Assembly: GCF_028641065.1 (NCBI RefSeq)
Contig: NC_073378.1
Coordinates: 138,632,001-138,696,000, forward strand
Direction: 5' to 3'
DNA: 64,000 nt
Source of the DNA: Leucoraja erinacea
Lineage: Eukaryota
Shown here: positions 25,040 to 38,559 of the stretch, in pieces
How positions within the stretch are numbered: position 1 is the stretch's first letter
How the letters are laid out: each line of letters begins with the position of its first letter
Notes under the pieces: model-generated
Told to the model about the DNA's origin: nothing
Seen by the model: only the letters and a program-made list of their open reading frames with translations
The model's database searches: none
Made by a program: the position numbers and the translations under genes

Positions 25040-25319
25040 AAAACGTGGCGTGGGGAGCAAGTCCGACCCAGTCCAGCACGGAAGAAGGGGCAGGCGCTGA
25101 AGGAGCCATTGACGGGAACAGCGACAGCGACTTCTGGAAAGGTTCATGCGCGCGCACCAGGAAATCCAAGGACCCTTGGTGGAGAGTCGATCTAAAAGAA
25201 AGCTATTACGTGACAGATGTAAGAATCACCAACAGAGCAGACTGCTGCTCGGACCAGCTCCTAGGAGCAGAGCTCCGCATCGGGGACTCGCTGGAAAACG
25301 ATGGCAATTCCAACAGACT
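25040..25319 (+). CDS. FTLD 7 exon A
   Basis: 280 nt, AG/GT boundaries, open frame. Confidence 0.88.
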
Positions 25320-27335
25320 GTAAGTGTTCTTAAGCAATCGCCGACTCAAGTCACAAGCGTTGACTTCTTCTGCAATTTTCGCTGTTACTGGAGCAATGGT
25401 AATATCAGTGGGAAAAAGATAGTTGCTGCAGGATAACAATGATGTCACTGCACATCAAATTAAAATTATTCTCCGCTGATCCATGGAAACATTGAAACCT
25501 AGAAAATAGGTGCAGGAGAAGACCATTCGCCCCTTGAGCTTGCACAGCCATTCGTTGTGATCATGACTGATCGTCCCCTATAAATAACTCGTGTCTACCT
25601 TCTCCCCCTAGATTCCACTGGCCCCTAGAGCTCTATCTAAGTCCAGATGCGAGAGAAAATGATTCAGAGCCGTAGTCCAGTTATCCAATGACACGAGCCT
25701 TTATCGCACCTCAATAGCGGTGGGGTCATAGAAACATAGAAACATAGGTGCAGGAAGAGGCCATTCGGCCCTTCGAGCCAGCACCGCCATTCATTGTGAT
25801 CATGGCTGATCGTCCGCTATCAATCACCCGTGCCTGCCTTCTCCACATATCCCTTGACTACACTAGCCCCCAGAGCTCCACCTAACGTTCTCTTAAATCC
25901 ATCCAGTGATTTGGCCTCCACTGCGCTCTGTGGCAGGGAATTCCATCAATTCACAACTCTCTGGGTGAAAACGTGTTTTCTCACCTCAGTCTTGAATTAC
26001 CTCCCCTTTATTCTAAGATTGTGGCCCCTGGTTCTAGACTCGCCCAACATTGGGAACAGTTTCCCTGCATCTAGATAGCCCAATCCTTTTAGAACTTTAT
26101 ATGTTTCTATATGATCCCCCTCCTCCTTCTAAATTCCACTGAATACAATCCTAATCATTTTAATCAATCCTCGCATGACAGTCCCGCCTTCCCAGGGATC
26201 AATTTCGTGAACCTATGCTGCACCGCCTCAATCACAAGGATGTCCTTCCTCAAATTAGGAGACCAAAACGGCACACAATACCCCAGATGTGGTCTCACCA
26301 GAGCGCTATTGAATTGCAGAAGAACCTCTTTTCGCCTATACTGAAATCCTCTTGTTATGAAAGCCAACATTCCATTAGCGTTCTTCACTGCCTGCCGTAC
26401 TTGCACGCCAACTTTCAGTGCCCGGTGTACAAGGACGCCCAGGTCTTGCTACACCTCCCCCTCAATGAAAGGAGATGCATTAATATATAATTTAAGTTAA
26501 TTCAAGTTATGTAATGATGAACAATCGGATTGCGGTGGAAATAGTCAGGTAATCAATGCCCATGAGTAAGGATCATGCAACATCTAGCCAGTCAATGCGG
26601 CCAACGTGCAGGAATGAACTACAGGATCAGTTCATGTGGACTGGCGTGCAGCTAATGTAACCCTACTTTTTAAGAAAGGATGCTGAGAGAAAACTGGGAA
26701 TTATAGTCCACTTGTCTTGACATCGGTAGCGGGGAACATGCTTGAGTGAATTATGAAAGATGTAATAGCAACGCATTCGGAAAGCAGTGACGGGATCGGT
26801 CAAAGTCAGCATGGTTTTAAAAGGGGAAATCATGCTTGACTAATTTATTGAGGATATAACACGCAGAATGGATAAGGGAGAGATAGTGGATGTGGTATAT
26901 CTGGATTTAAAAAAAAACGCCTTTGTAAAGACCCACACACGAGATTAGCGTGCAAAATTTGAGCACATGGTATTGCGAGTAAGGTATTGTTATGGCTAGA
27001 GAACAGGTTGGCACAAAACACGCAAAGAGTAGAGTTTAACGGGTCCTTTTCGGAATGGCAGGCAGTGGGGTTACGCAAGGTTCAGTGCTGAGACCCACTT
27101 TATTTACAATATATATTGACGACTTAGACGAAGGAATTAAATGTCACATCTCGAAGTATGCGGATGACAAAACGCTGGGTGGCAGTTTGAGATACCAGGA
27201 AGATGCTATGGGGATGCACGGTGACTTGGATAGGTTCAGTTGGTGGGCAGATGCATGACAGATGATGATTAAAAAATGCTTTCTTTTGCGTAGTGATCGA
27301 GATAGAGGAGTCTCACTTTCAAACATCTCTTTCAG

Positions 27336-27682
27336 CTGTGGGACCGTTGTTTCCGTTGCTTTGACGACAATTATCTTCAATTGTGATGGATTCATCGGTC
27401 GATATGTGAACATTTTCTTGCCGGGACAGGATAAAATCTTGACCTTGTGCGAGGTTGAGGTCTTTACTTCAATACTTCCTACCATCGATACCTTGTTAAA
27501 ACCGAAGACGTATCCCCCTTCCGCACACGAAAGGGAAAAGCTAACCACCACCAATACCCCTTCACTAAAGGGAAAGAAACAGCCGCCTTCATTTGGAAAG
27601 GAAACGACGCCCCAGTCAACAAAGGGAACGAAAATACCGTCCATACCTGGAACGACTATCCAGCCAAGAACCGGAAAAAAAG
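27336..27682 (+). CDS. FTLD 7 exon B with long linker
   Basis: 347 nt, AG/GT boundaries, open frame. Confidence 0.83.
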
Positions 27683-28494
27683 GTACGTTGCTATTGGGAG
27701 CGAATCTACCATTGGGAACTGGAACAGGTAGACTCATCGCTTCGCCAAGACGTGGAGACATTCTCAGCCACAAAATATATCAGCCACTGATACAATTTCC
27801 GGACGGAGGGAATCATGTTAGACCGAGATTTAGTCCCTACCGGCTAAAACACATCCCCCCTCGTCTCTTTCTCAATGGCATGACATCTTATTCTGAATCT
27901 GTGCCCTCTGGTCCTAGATTCCCCCACAACTGGGAACGTGCTCTCTACATTCACACTATCCAAGCCTTTCAATGTCCGATAAGATTCAATGAAATCCCCA
28001 ATAATCCATTACTGCTCCAGCGAATACAGGGCACGGAACAGTCAGTGGATCTCCATATGTTACCGTAATCATCCCAGCGATCACTCTCGTAATCCCCCAC
28101 TGGACCCTCCACAGTGCCAGCACATCTCAGATATGGGGCCGAAAACTGTTCACAATATTACAAATGCGCGCTGCCCAGTGCCTTTTACCCCCCTGCTTTA
28201 ACATTCTAGCTCTCTGGATATAAATGCAAATAATGAATTTGCCTTTCTTAACACCGGTTCAACTTGCAAATAAACATATTGGGAATCCAGCACCAGCACT
28301 CCCAAGTCCATTTGCACACCCGATTTCTGAATCACAAATATGCCCTTTCTGAACAGAGCACTCGTCCTTGATGAGTACCCTGTTCCTGCTTTTTCCCCCA
28401 ATATCCCTTGAATCCGTTATACCCGAGAGCTATAGCTTACTTTCACTTAAATGCATCTTGCCTTTCGGCTCAGTGAGATGTTCCCTCTCCACAG

Positions 28495-28774
28495 AAAACG
28501 TGGCGGGGGGAGCAAGTCCGACCCAGTCCAGCACGGAAGAAGGGGCAGGCGCTGAAGGAGCCATTGACGGGAACAGCGACAGCGACTTCTGGAAAGGTTC
28601 ATGCGCGCGCACCAGGAAATCCAAGGACCCTTGGTGGAGAGTCGATCTAAAAGAAAGCTATTACGTGACAGATGTAAGAATCACCAACAGAGCAGACTGC
28701 TGCTCGGACCAGCTCCTAGGAGCAGAGCTCCGCATCGGGGACTCGCTGGAAAACGATGGCAATTCCAACAGACT
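28495..28774 (+). CDS. FTLD 8 exon A
   Basis: 280 nt, AG/GT boundaries, open frame. Confidence 0.88.
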
Positions 28775-30781
28775 GTAAGTGTTCTTAAGCAATCGCCGAC
28801 TCAAGTCACAAGCGTTGACTTCTTCTGCAATTTTCGCTGTTACTGGAGCAATGGTAATATCAGTGGGAAAAAGATAGTTGCTGCAGGATAACAATGATCT
28901 CACTGCACATCAAATTAAAATTATTCTCCGCTGATCCATGGAAACATTGAAACCTAGAAAATAGGTGCAGGAGAAGACCATTCGCCCCTTGAGCTTGCAC
29001 AGCCATTCGTTGTGATCATGACTGATCGTCCCCTATAAATAACTCGTGTCTACCTTCTCCCCCTAGATTCCACTGGCCCCTAGAGCTCTATCTAAGTCCA
29101 GATGCGAGAGAAAATGATTCAGAGCCGTAGTCCAGTTATCCAATGACACGAGCCTTTATCGCACCTCAATAGCGGTGGGGTCATAGAAACATAGAAACAT
29201 AGGTGCAGGAAGAGGCCATTCGGCCCTTCGAGCCAGCACCGCCATTCATTGTGATCATGGCTGATCGTCCGCTATCAATCACCCGTGCCTGCCTTCTCCA
29301 CATATCCCTTGACTACACTAGCCCCCAGAGCTCCACCTAACGTTCTCTTAAATCCATCCAGTGATTTGGCCTCCACTGCGCTCTGTGGCAGGGAATTCCA
29401 TCAATTCACAACTCTCTGGGTGAAAACGTGTTTTCTCACCTCAGTCTTGAATTACCTCCCCTTTATTCTAAGATTGTGGCCCCTGGTTCTAGACTCGCCC
29501 AACATTGGGAACAGTTTCCCTGCATCTAGCTAGCCCAATCCTTTTAGAACTTTATATGTTTCTATATGATCCCCCTCCTCCTTCTAAATTCCACTGAATA
29601 CAATCCTAATCATTTTAATCAATCCTCGCATGACAGTCCCGCCTTCCCAGGGATCAATTTCGTGAACCTATGCTGCACCGCCTCAATCACAAGGATGTCC
29701 TTCCTCAAATTAGGAGACCAAAACGGCACACAATACCCCAGATGTGGTCTCACCAGAGCCCTATTGAATTGCAGAAGAACCTCTTTTCGCCTATACTGAA
29801 ATCCTCTTGTTATGAAAGCCAACATTCCATTAGCGTTCTTCACTGCCTGCCGTACTTGCACGCCAACTTTCAGTGACCGGTGTACAAGGACGCCCAGGTC
29901 TTGCTGCACCTCCCCCTCAATGAAAGGAGATGCATTAATCTATAATTTAAGTTATGTAATGATGAACAATCGGATTGCGGTGGAAATAGTCAGGTAATCA
30001 ATGCCCATGAGTAAGGATCATGCAACATCTAGCCAGTCAATGCGGCCAACGTGCAGGAATGAACTACAGGATCAGTTCATGTGGACTGGCGTGCAGCTAA
30101 TGTAACCCTACTTTTTAAGAAAGGATGCTGAGAGAAAACTGGGAATTATAGTCCACTTGTCTTGACATCGGTAGCGGGGAACATGCTTGAGTGAATTATG
30201 AAAGATGTAATAGCAACGCATTCGGAAAGCAGTGACGGGATCGGTCAAAGTCAGCATGGTTTTAAAAGGGGAAATCATGCTTGACTAATTTATTGAGGAT
30301 ATAACACGCAGAATGGATAAGGGAGAGATAGTGGATGTGGTATATCTGGATTTAAAAAAAAAACGCCTTTGTAAAGACCCACACACGAGATTAGCGTGCA
30401 AAATTTGAGCACATGGTATTGCGAGTAAGGTATTGTTATGGCTAGAGAACAGGTTGGCACAAAACACGGAAAGAGTAGAGTTTAACGGGTCCTTTTCGGA
30501 ATGGCAGGCAGTGGGGTTACGCAAGGTTCAGTGCTGAGACCCACTTTATTAACAATATATATTGACGACTTAGACGAAGGAATTAAATGTCACATCTCGA
30601 AGTATGCGGATGACAATAAGCTGGGTGGCAGTTTGAGATACCAGGAAGATGCTATGGGGATGCACGGTGACTTGGATAGGTTCAGTTGGTGGGTAGATGC
30701 ATGACAGATGATGATTAAAAAATGCTTTCTTTTGCGTAGTGATCGAGATAGAGGAGTCTCACTTTCAAACATCTCTTTCAG

Positions 30782-31128
30782 CTGTGGGACCGTTGTTTCC
30801 GTTGCTTTGACGACAATTATCTTCAATTGTGATGGATTCATCGGTCGATATGTGAACATTTTCTTGCCGGGACAGGATAAAATCTTGACCTTGTGCGAGG
30901 TTGAGGTCTTTACTTCAATACTTCCTACCATCGATACCTTGTTAAAACCGAAGACGTATCCCCCTTCCGCACACGAAAGGGAAAAGCTAACCACCACCAA
31001 TACCCCTTCACTAAAGGGAAAGAAACAGCCGCCTTCATTTGGAAAGGAAACGACGCCCCAGTCAACAAAGGGAACGAAAATACCGTCCATACCTGGAACG
31101 ACTATCCAGCCAAGAACCGGAAAAAAAG
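30782..31128 (+). CDS. FTLD 8 exon B with long linker
   Basis: 347 nt, AG/GT boundaries, open frame. Confidence 0.83.
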
Positions 31129-31940
31129 GTACGTTGCTATTGGGAGCGAATCTACCATTGGGAACTGGAACAGGTAGACTCATCGCTTCGCCAAGACGTG
31201 GAGACATTCTCAGCCACAAAATATATCAGCCACTGATACAATTTCCGGACGGAGGGAATCATGTTAGACCGAGATTTAGTCCCTTCCGGCTAAAACACAT
31301 CCCCCCTCGTCTCTTTCTCAATGGCATGACATCTTATTCTGAATCTGTGCCCTCTGGTCCTAGATTCCCCCACAACTGGGAACGTGCTCTCTACATTCAC
31401 ACTATCCAAGCCTTTCAATGTCCGATGAGATTCAATGAAATCCCCAATAATCCATTACTGCTCCAGCGAATACAGGGCCCGGAACAGTCAGTGGGTCTCC
31501 ATATGTTACCGTAATCATCCCAGCGATCACTCTCGTAATCCCCCACTGGACCCTCCACAATGCCAGCACATCTCAGATATGGGGCCGAAAACTGTTCACA
31601 ATATTACAAATGCGCGCTGCCCAGTGCCTTTTACCCCCCTGCTTTAACATTCTAGCTCTCTGGAAATAAATGCAAAGAATGAATTTGCCTTTCTTAACAC
31701 CGGTTCAACTTGCAAATAAACATATTAGGAATCCAGCACCAGCACTCCCAAGTCCATTTGCACACCCGATTTCTGAATCACAAATATGCCCTTTCTGAAC
31801 AGAGCACTCGTCCTTGATGAGTACCCTGTTCCTGCTTTTCCCCCCAATATCCCTTGAATCCGTTATACCTGAGAGCTATAGCTTACTTTCACTTAAATGC
31901 ATCTTGCCTTTCGGCTCAGTGAGATGTTCCCTCTCCACAG

Positions 31941-32220
31941 AAAACGTGGCGTGGGGAGCAAGTCCGACCCAGTCCAGCACGGAAGAAGGGGCAGGCGCTG
32001 AAGGAGCCATTGACGGGAACAGCGACAGCGACTTCTGGAAAGGTTCATGCGCGCGCACCAGGAAATCCAAGGACCCTTGGTGGAGAGTCGATCTAAAAGA
32101 AAGCTATTACGTGACAGATGTAAGAATCACCAACAGAGCAGACTGCTGCTCGGACCAGCTCCTAGGAGCAGAGCTCCGCATCGGGGACTCGCTGGAAAAC
32201 GATGGCAATTCCAACAGACT
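31941..32220 (+). CDS. FTLD 9 exon A
   Basis: 280 nt, AG/GT boundaries, open frame. Confidence 0.88.
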
Positions 32221-34236
32221 GTAAGTGTTCTTAAGCAATCGCCGACTCAAGTCACAAGCGTTGACTTCTTCTGAAATTTTCGCTGTTACTGGAGCAATGG
32301 TAATATCAGTGGGAAAAAGATAGTTGCTGCAGGATAACAATGATCTCACTGCACTTCAAATTAAAATTATTCTCCGCTGATCCATGGAAACATTGAAACC
32401 TAGAAAATAGGTGCAGGAGAAGACCATTCGCCCCTTCGAGCTTGCACAGCCATTCGTTGTGATCATGGCTGATCGTCCCCTATAAATAACTCGTGTCTAC
32501 CTTCTCCCCCTAGATTCCACTGGCCCCTAGAGCTCTATCTAAGTCCAGATGCGAGAGAAAATGATTCAGAGCCGTAGTCCAGTTATCCAATGACACGAGC
32601 CTTTATCGCACCTCAATAGCAGTGGGGTCATAGAAACATAGAAACATAGGTGCAGGAAGAGGCCATTGGGCCCTTCGAGCCAGCACCGCCATTCGTTGTG
32701 ATCATGGCTGATCGTCCGCTATCAATCACCCGTGCCTGCCTTCTCCACATATCCCTTGACTACACTAGCCCCCAGAGCTCCACCTAACGTTCTCTTAAAT
32801 CCATCCAGTGATTTGGCCTCCACTGCGCTCTGTGGCAGGGAATTCCATCAATTCACAACTCTCTGGGTGAAAACGTGTTTTCTCACCTCAGTCTTGAATT
32901 ACCTCCCCTTTATTCTAAGATTGTGGCCCCTGGTTCTAGACTCGCCCAACATTGGGAACAGTTTCCCTGCATCTAGCTAGCCCAATCCTTTTAGAACTTT
33001 ATATGTTTCTATATGATCCCCCTCCTCCTTCTAAATTCCACTGAATACAATCCTAATCATTTTAATCAATCCTCGCATGACAGTCCCGCCTTCCCAGGGA
33101 TCAATTTCGTGAACCTATGCTGCACCGCCTCAATCACAAGGATGTCCTTCCTCAAATTAGGAGACCAAAACGGCACACAATACCCCAGATCTGGTCTCAC
33201 CAGAACCCTATTGAATTGCAGAAGAACCTCTTTTCGCCTATACTGAAATCCTCTTGTTATGAAAGCCAACATTCCATTAGCGTTCTTCACTGCCTGCCGT
33301 ACTTGCACGCCAACTTTCAGTGACCGGTGTACAAGGACGCCCAGGTCTTGCTACACCTCCCCCTCAATGAAAGGAGATGCATTAATCTATAATTTAAGTT
33401 AATTCAAGTTATGTAATGATGAACAATCGGATTGCGGTGGAAATAGTCAGGTAATCAATGCCCATGAGTAAGGATCATGCAACATCTAGCCAGTCAATGC
33501 GGCCAACGTGCAGGAATGAACTACAGGATCAGTTCATGTGGACTGGCGTGCAGCTAATGTAACCCTACTTTTTAAGAAAGGATGCTGAGAGAAAACTGGG
33601 AATTATAGTCCACTTGTCTTGACATCGGTAGCGGGGAACATGCTTGAGTGAATTATGAAAGATGTAATAGCAACGCATTCGGAAAGCAGTGACGGGATCG
33701 GTCAAAGTCAGCATGGTTTTAAAAGGGGAAATCATGCTTGACTAATTTATTGAGGATATAACACGCAGAATGGATAAGGGAGAGATAGTGGATGTGGTAT
33801 ATCTGGATTAAAAAAAACGCCTTTGCAAAGTCCCACACACGAGATTAGCGTGCAAAATTTGAGCACATGGTATTGCGAGTAAGGTATTGTTATGGCTAGA
33901 GAACAGGTTGGCACAAAACACGCAAAGAGTAGAGTTTAACGGGTCCTTTTCGGAATGGCAGGCAGTGGGGTTACGCAAGGTTCAGTGCTGAGACCCACTT
34001 TATTTACAATATATATTGACGACTTAGACGAAGGAATTAAATGTCACATCTCGAAGTATGCGGATGACAAAACGCTGGGTGGCAGTTTGAGATACCAGGA
34101 AGATGCTATGGGGATGCACGGTGACTTGGATAGGTTCAGTTGGTGGGCAGATGCATGACAGATGATGATTAAAAAAAAGCTTTCTTTTGCGTAGTGATCG
34201 AGATAGAGGAGTCTCACTTTCAAACATCTCTTTCAG

Positions 34237-34583
34237 CTGTGGGACCGTTGTTTCCGTTGCTTTGACGACAATTATCTTCAATTGTGATGGATTCATCGGT
34301 CGATATGTGAACATTTTCTTGCCGGGACAGGATAAAATCTTGACCTTGTGCGAGGTTGAGGTCTTTACTTCAATACTTCCTACCATCGATACCTTGTTAA
34401 AACCGAAGCCGTATCCCCCTTCCGCACACGAAAGGGAAAAGCTAACCACCACCAATACCCCTTCACTAAAGGGAAAGAAACAGCCGCCTTCATTTGGAAA
34501 GGAAACGACGCCCCAGTCAACAAAGGGAACGAAAATACCGTCCATACCTGGAACGACTATCCAGCCAAGAACCGGAAAAAAAG
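34237..34583 (+). CDS. FTLD 9 exon B with long linker
   Basis: 347 nt, AG/GT boundaries, open frame. Confidence 0.83.
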
Positions 34584-35395
34584 GTACGTTGCTATTGGGA
34601 GCGAATCTACCATTGGGAACTGGAACAGGTAGACTCATCGCTTCGCCAAGACGTGGAGACATTCTCAGCCACAAAATATATCAGCCACTGATATAATTTC
34701 CGGACGGAGGGAATCATGTTAGACCGAGATTTAGTCCCTTCCGGCTAAAACACATCCCCCCTCGTCTCTTTCTCAATGGCATGACATCTTATTCTGAATC
34801 TGTGCCCTCTGGTCCTAGATTCCCCCACAACTGGGAACGTGCTCTCTACATTCACACTATCCAAGCCTTTCAATGTCCGATAAGATTCAATGAGATCCCC
34901 AATAATCCATTACTACTCCAGCGAATACAGGGCCCGGAACAGTCAGTGGGTCTCCATATGTTACCGTAATCATCCCAGCGATCACTCTCGTAATCCCCCA
35001 CTGGACCCTCCACAATGCCAGCACATCTCAGATATGGGGCCGAAAACTGTTCACAATATTACAAATGCGCGCTGCCCAGTGCCTTTTACCCCCCTGCTTT
35101 AACATTCTAGCTCTCTGGAAATAAATGCAAAGAATGAATTTGCCTTTCTTAACACCGGTTCAACTTGCAAATAAACATATTAGGAATCCAGCACCAGCAC
35201 TCCCAAGTCCATTTGCACACCCGATTTCTGAATCACAAATATGCCCTTTCTGAACAGAGCACTCGTCCTTGATGAGTACCCTGTTCCTGCTTTTCCCCCC
35301 AATATCCCTTGAATCCGTTATACCTGAGAGCTATAGCTTACTTTCACTTAAATGCATCTTGCCTTTCGGCTCAGTGAGATGTTCCCTCTCCACAG

Positions 35396-35675
35396 AAAAC
35401 GTGGCGTGGGGAGCAAGTCCGACCCAGTCCAGCACGGAAGAAGGGGCAGGCGCTGAAGGAGCCATTGACAGTAACAGCGACAGCGACTTCTGGAAAGGTT
35501 CATGCGCGCGCACCAGGAAATCCAAGGACCCTTGGTGGAGAGTCGATCTAAAAGAAAGCTATTACGTGACAGATGTAAGAATCACCAACAGAGCAGACTG
35601 CTGCTCGGACCAGCTCCTAGGAGCAGAGCTCCGCATCGGGGACTCGCTGGAAAACGATGGCAATTCCAACAGACT
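35396..35675 (+). CDS. FTLD 10 exon A (AIDSN variant of the cation-binding motif)
   Basis: 280 nt, AG/GT boundaries; GAC AGT AAC replaces GAC GGG AAC. Confidence 0.88.
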
Positions 35676-37948
35676 GTAAGTGTTCTTAAGCAATCGCCGA
35701 CTCAAGTCACAAGCGTTGACTTCTTCTGAAATTTTCGCTGTTACTGGAGCAATGGTAATATCAGTGGGAAAAAGATAGTTGCTGCAGGATAACAATGATC
35801 TCACTGCACATCAAATTAAAATTATTCTCCGCTGATCCATGGAAACATTGAAACCTAGAAAATAGGTGCAGGAGAAGACCATTCGCCCCTTCGAGCTTGC
35901 ACAGCCATTCGTTGTGATCATGACTGATCGTCCCCTATCAATAGCTCGTGTCTACCTTCTCCCCCTAGATTCCACTGGCCCCTAGAGCTCTATCTAAGTC
36001 CAGATGCGAGAGAAAATGATTCAGAGCCGTAGTCCAGTTATCCAATGACACGAGCCTTTATCGCACCTCAATAGCAGTGGGGTCATAGAAACATAGAAAC
36101 ATAGAAAATAGGTGCAGGAGGAGGCCATTCGGCCCTTAGAGCCAGCACCACCATTCATTGTGATCATGGCTGATCGTCCGCTATCAATCACCCGTGCCTG
36201 CCTTCTCCACATATCCCTTGACTACACTAGCCCCCAGAGCTCCACCTAACGTTCTCTTAAATCCATCCAGTGATTTGGCCTCCACTGCGCTCTGTGGCAG
36301 GGAATTCCATCAATTCACAACTCTCTGGGTGAAAACGTGTTTTCCCACTTCCGTCTTGAATTACCTCCCCTTTATTCTAAGATTGTGGCCCCTGGTTCTA
36401 GACTCGCCCAACATTGGGAACAGTTTCGCTGCATCTAGCTAGCCCAGTCCTTTTAGAACTTTATATGTTTCTATATGATCCCTCTCCTCCTCCTAAATTC
36501 CACTGAATACAAGCCTAATCATTTTAATCTTTCCTCGCATGACAGTCCCGCCTTGCCAGGGATCAATCTCGTGAACCTATGCTGCACAGCCTCAATCACA
36601 AGGATGTCCTTCCTCAAATTAGGAGACCAAAACTGCACACAATACCCCAGATGTGGTCTCACCAGAGCCCTATTGAATTGGAGAAGAACCTCTTTTCACC
36701 TATACTGAAATCCTCTTGTTATGAAAGCCAACATTCCATTAGCGTTCTTCACTGCCTGCTGTACTTGCACGCCAACTTTCAGTGCCCGGTGTACAAGGAC
36801 GCCCAGATCTTGCTACACCTCCCCCTCAATGAAAGGAGATGCATAAATCTATAATTTAAGTTAATTCAAGTTATGTAATGATGAACAATCGGATTGCGGT
36901 GGCAATAGTGAGGTAATCAATGCCCATGAGTAAGGATCATGCAACATCTAGCCAGTCAATGCGGCCAACGTGCAGGAATGAACTACAGGATCAGTTCATG
37001 TGGACTGGCGTGCAGCTAATGTAACCCTACTTTTTAAGAAAGGATGCTGAGAGAAAACTGGGAATTATAGTCCACTTGTCTTGACATCGGTAATGGGAAG
37101 ATGCTTGAGTCGATTATTATAAATGTAATAGCAGCGCATTTGGAAACCAGTGACAGGATCAGTCAAAGTTCAAATTATGTTTGAATAGTCTTCTGGATTT
37201 TTGAGAATATAACATGGAGGATGTATAAGGGGAAGACAGTGGACGTGGTGTATGTGGATATTCAAATAGCATTTACCTAGGTCTCACTTAAGTGATTAGT
37301 GTATAAAATTAGAGCTAATCGTATTGGCAGTAGGGTATTGACATGGATCGGAAACTGGTTTGCAGACAGCATGCAAGGAGTAGAAATTAACGGGTCATTT
37401 AAGAAAGGCAAGATGTGGCTAGTGGGGTTCCGCAAGGCTCAGTGCTGAGACTCCTGTTATTTGTAATATATATTAACGATTTAGACGAAGGAATTAAATG
37501 TTACATTTCCAGGTTTCCGGATTACATAAAGCTGGGGGAAAGTGTGAGCTTCCAGGAGGATGGTTTGAGTCCTCAGGGTGACTTGAATATGTCGAGTGAG
37601 TGGGCAAATGCATGACAGATGCAGTTTAATGTGGATCAATGTGAGGTTATCCACTGTCATGGTAAGAACAAAAATGCAGATTATTATCGGAACGGTGTGA
37701 GAACAAGAAACGGGAATGTGCCACGAGACATCCGTGTCCTTGTGCATCAGTCATTGAAAGTAAGCATCCGGGTACTGCAGGCAGCGAAGAAAAGACATGG
37801 CAGTGAGGAGGATGCCGGAGTAGCCATGGGAGCCCACTACATGCCATGCACATGTCATCAGTTCACCAGCACAGGCCTACTATAACAAACGCACTCTCTT
37901 CCGTAGTGATCGAGGTAGCGGAGTCTCACTTTTAATCATCTCTTTCAG

Positions 37949-38382
37949 CTGTGGAACCGTTGATTCAGTTGCTTTGACAACACTTACCTTCAATTGCGAT
38001 GGACTTGTAGGTCGATATGTGAACATCTTCTTGCCGGGACTGGATAACACCTTGACCCTGTGCGAGGTTGAGATATTTGCATCAAAAAGTCCTTATATCC
38101 ATATCCCGTTAGAAAATGACACGAGAGCCACGTCCGCACCTGATACGAAAGCGCACACTCCCGTCCAAAACCCGCCCGTAAAGGGAACGAAACTCCCGCC
38201 AATATCTGGAACGAAAATCCCGTCCGCAATGGAAACGACCACCCAGTCCGCAGAGGGAACGACGCCCGAGTCCGCAGAGGGAAAGGAAATACCGCCCAAA
38301 CCTGGAACGAATATCCCGCCAACAACCGTAAGGAATCTTTCGTTCGGAACTGGAACACATCTACTGTCTGGAGCTGGAACAG
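37949..38382 (+). CDS. FTLD 10 exon B with the longest P/T/S-rich linker
   Basis: tttcag|C TGT GGA...GGA ACA G|gtaggc, 434 nt in frame; ORF 37974-38417. Confidence 0.85.
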
Positions 38383-38559
38383 GTAGGCTCAACGCCCCGC
38401 TAATGCTGTGGTTATAGACATTGAGGCACCCTCAGCTACGAAATCTCTCATTGATACTGTTTCTGGACGGATGGAATCATGTTAGCCCCAGTTTTCCTAA
38501 CATCTGGTTAAAACAAATCCTCAGCATCTCCTTCCTAATGGTATGTCCTTTTATTCTGC

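Larger units (their letters stand above)
8108..37092 (+). repeat. Young tandem duplication, 7 copies of about 3,455 bp (exon B + intron + exon A + intron)
   Basis: Exon A starts at 9886, 13345, 16805, 25040, 28495, 31941, 35396 (spacing 3446-3460 after removing the 4.78 kb LINE); introns are near-identical between copies. Confidence 0.93.
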
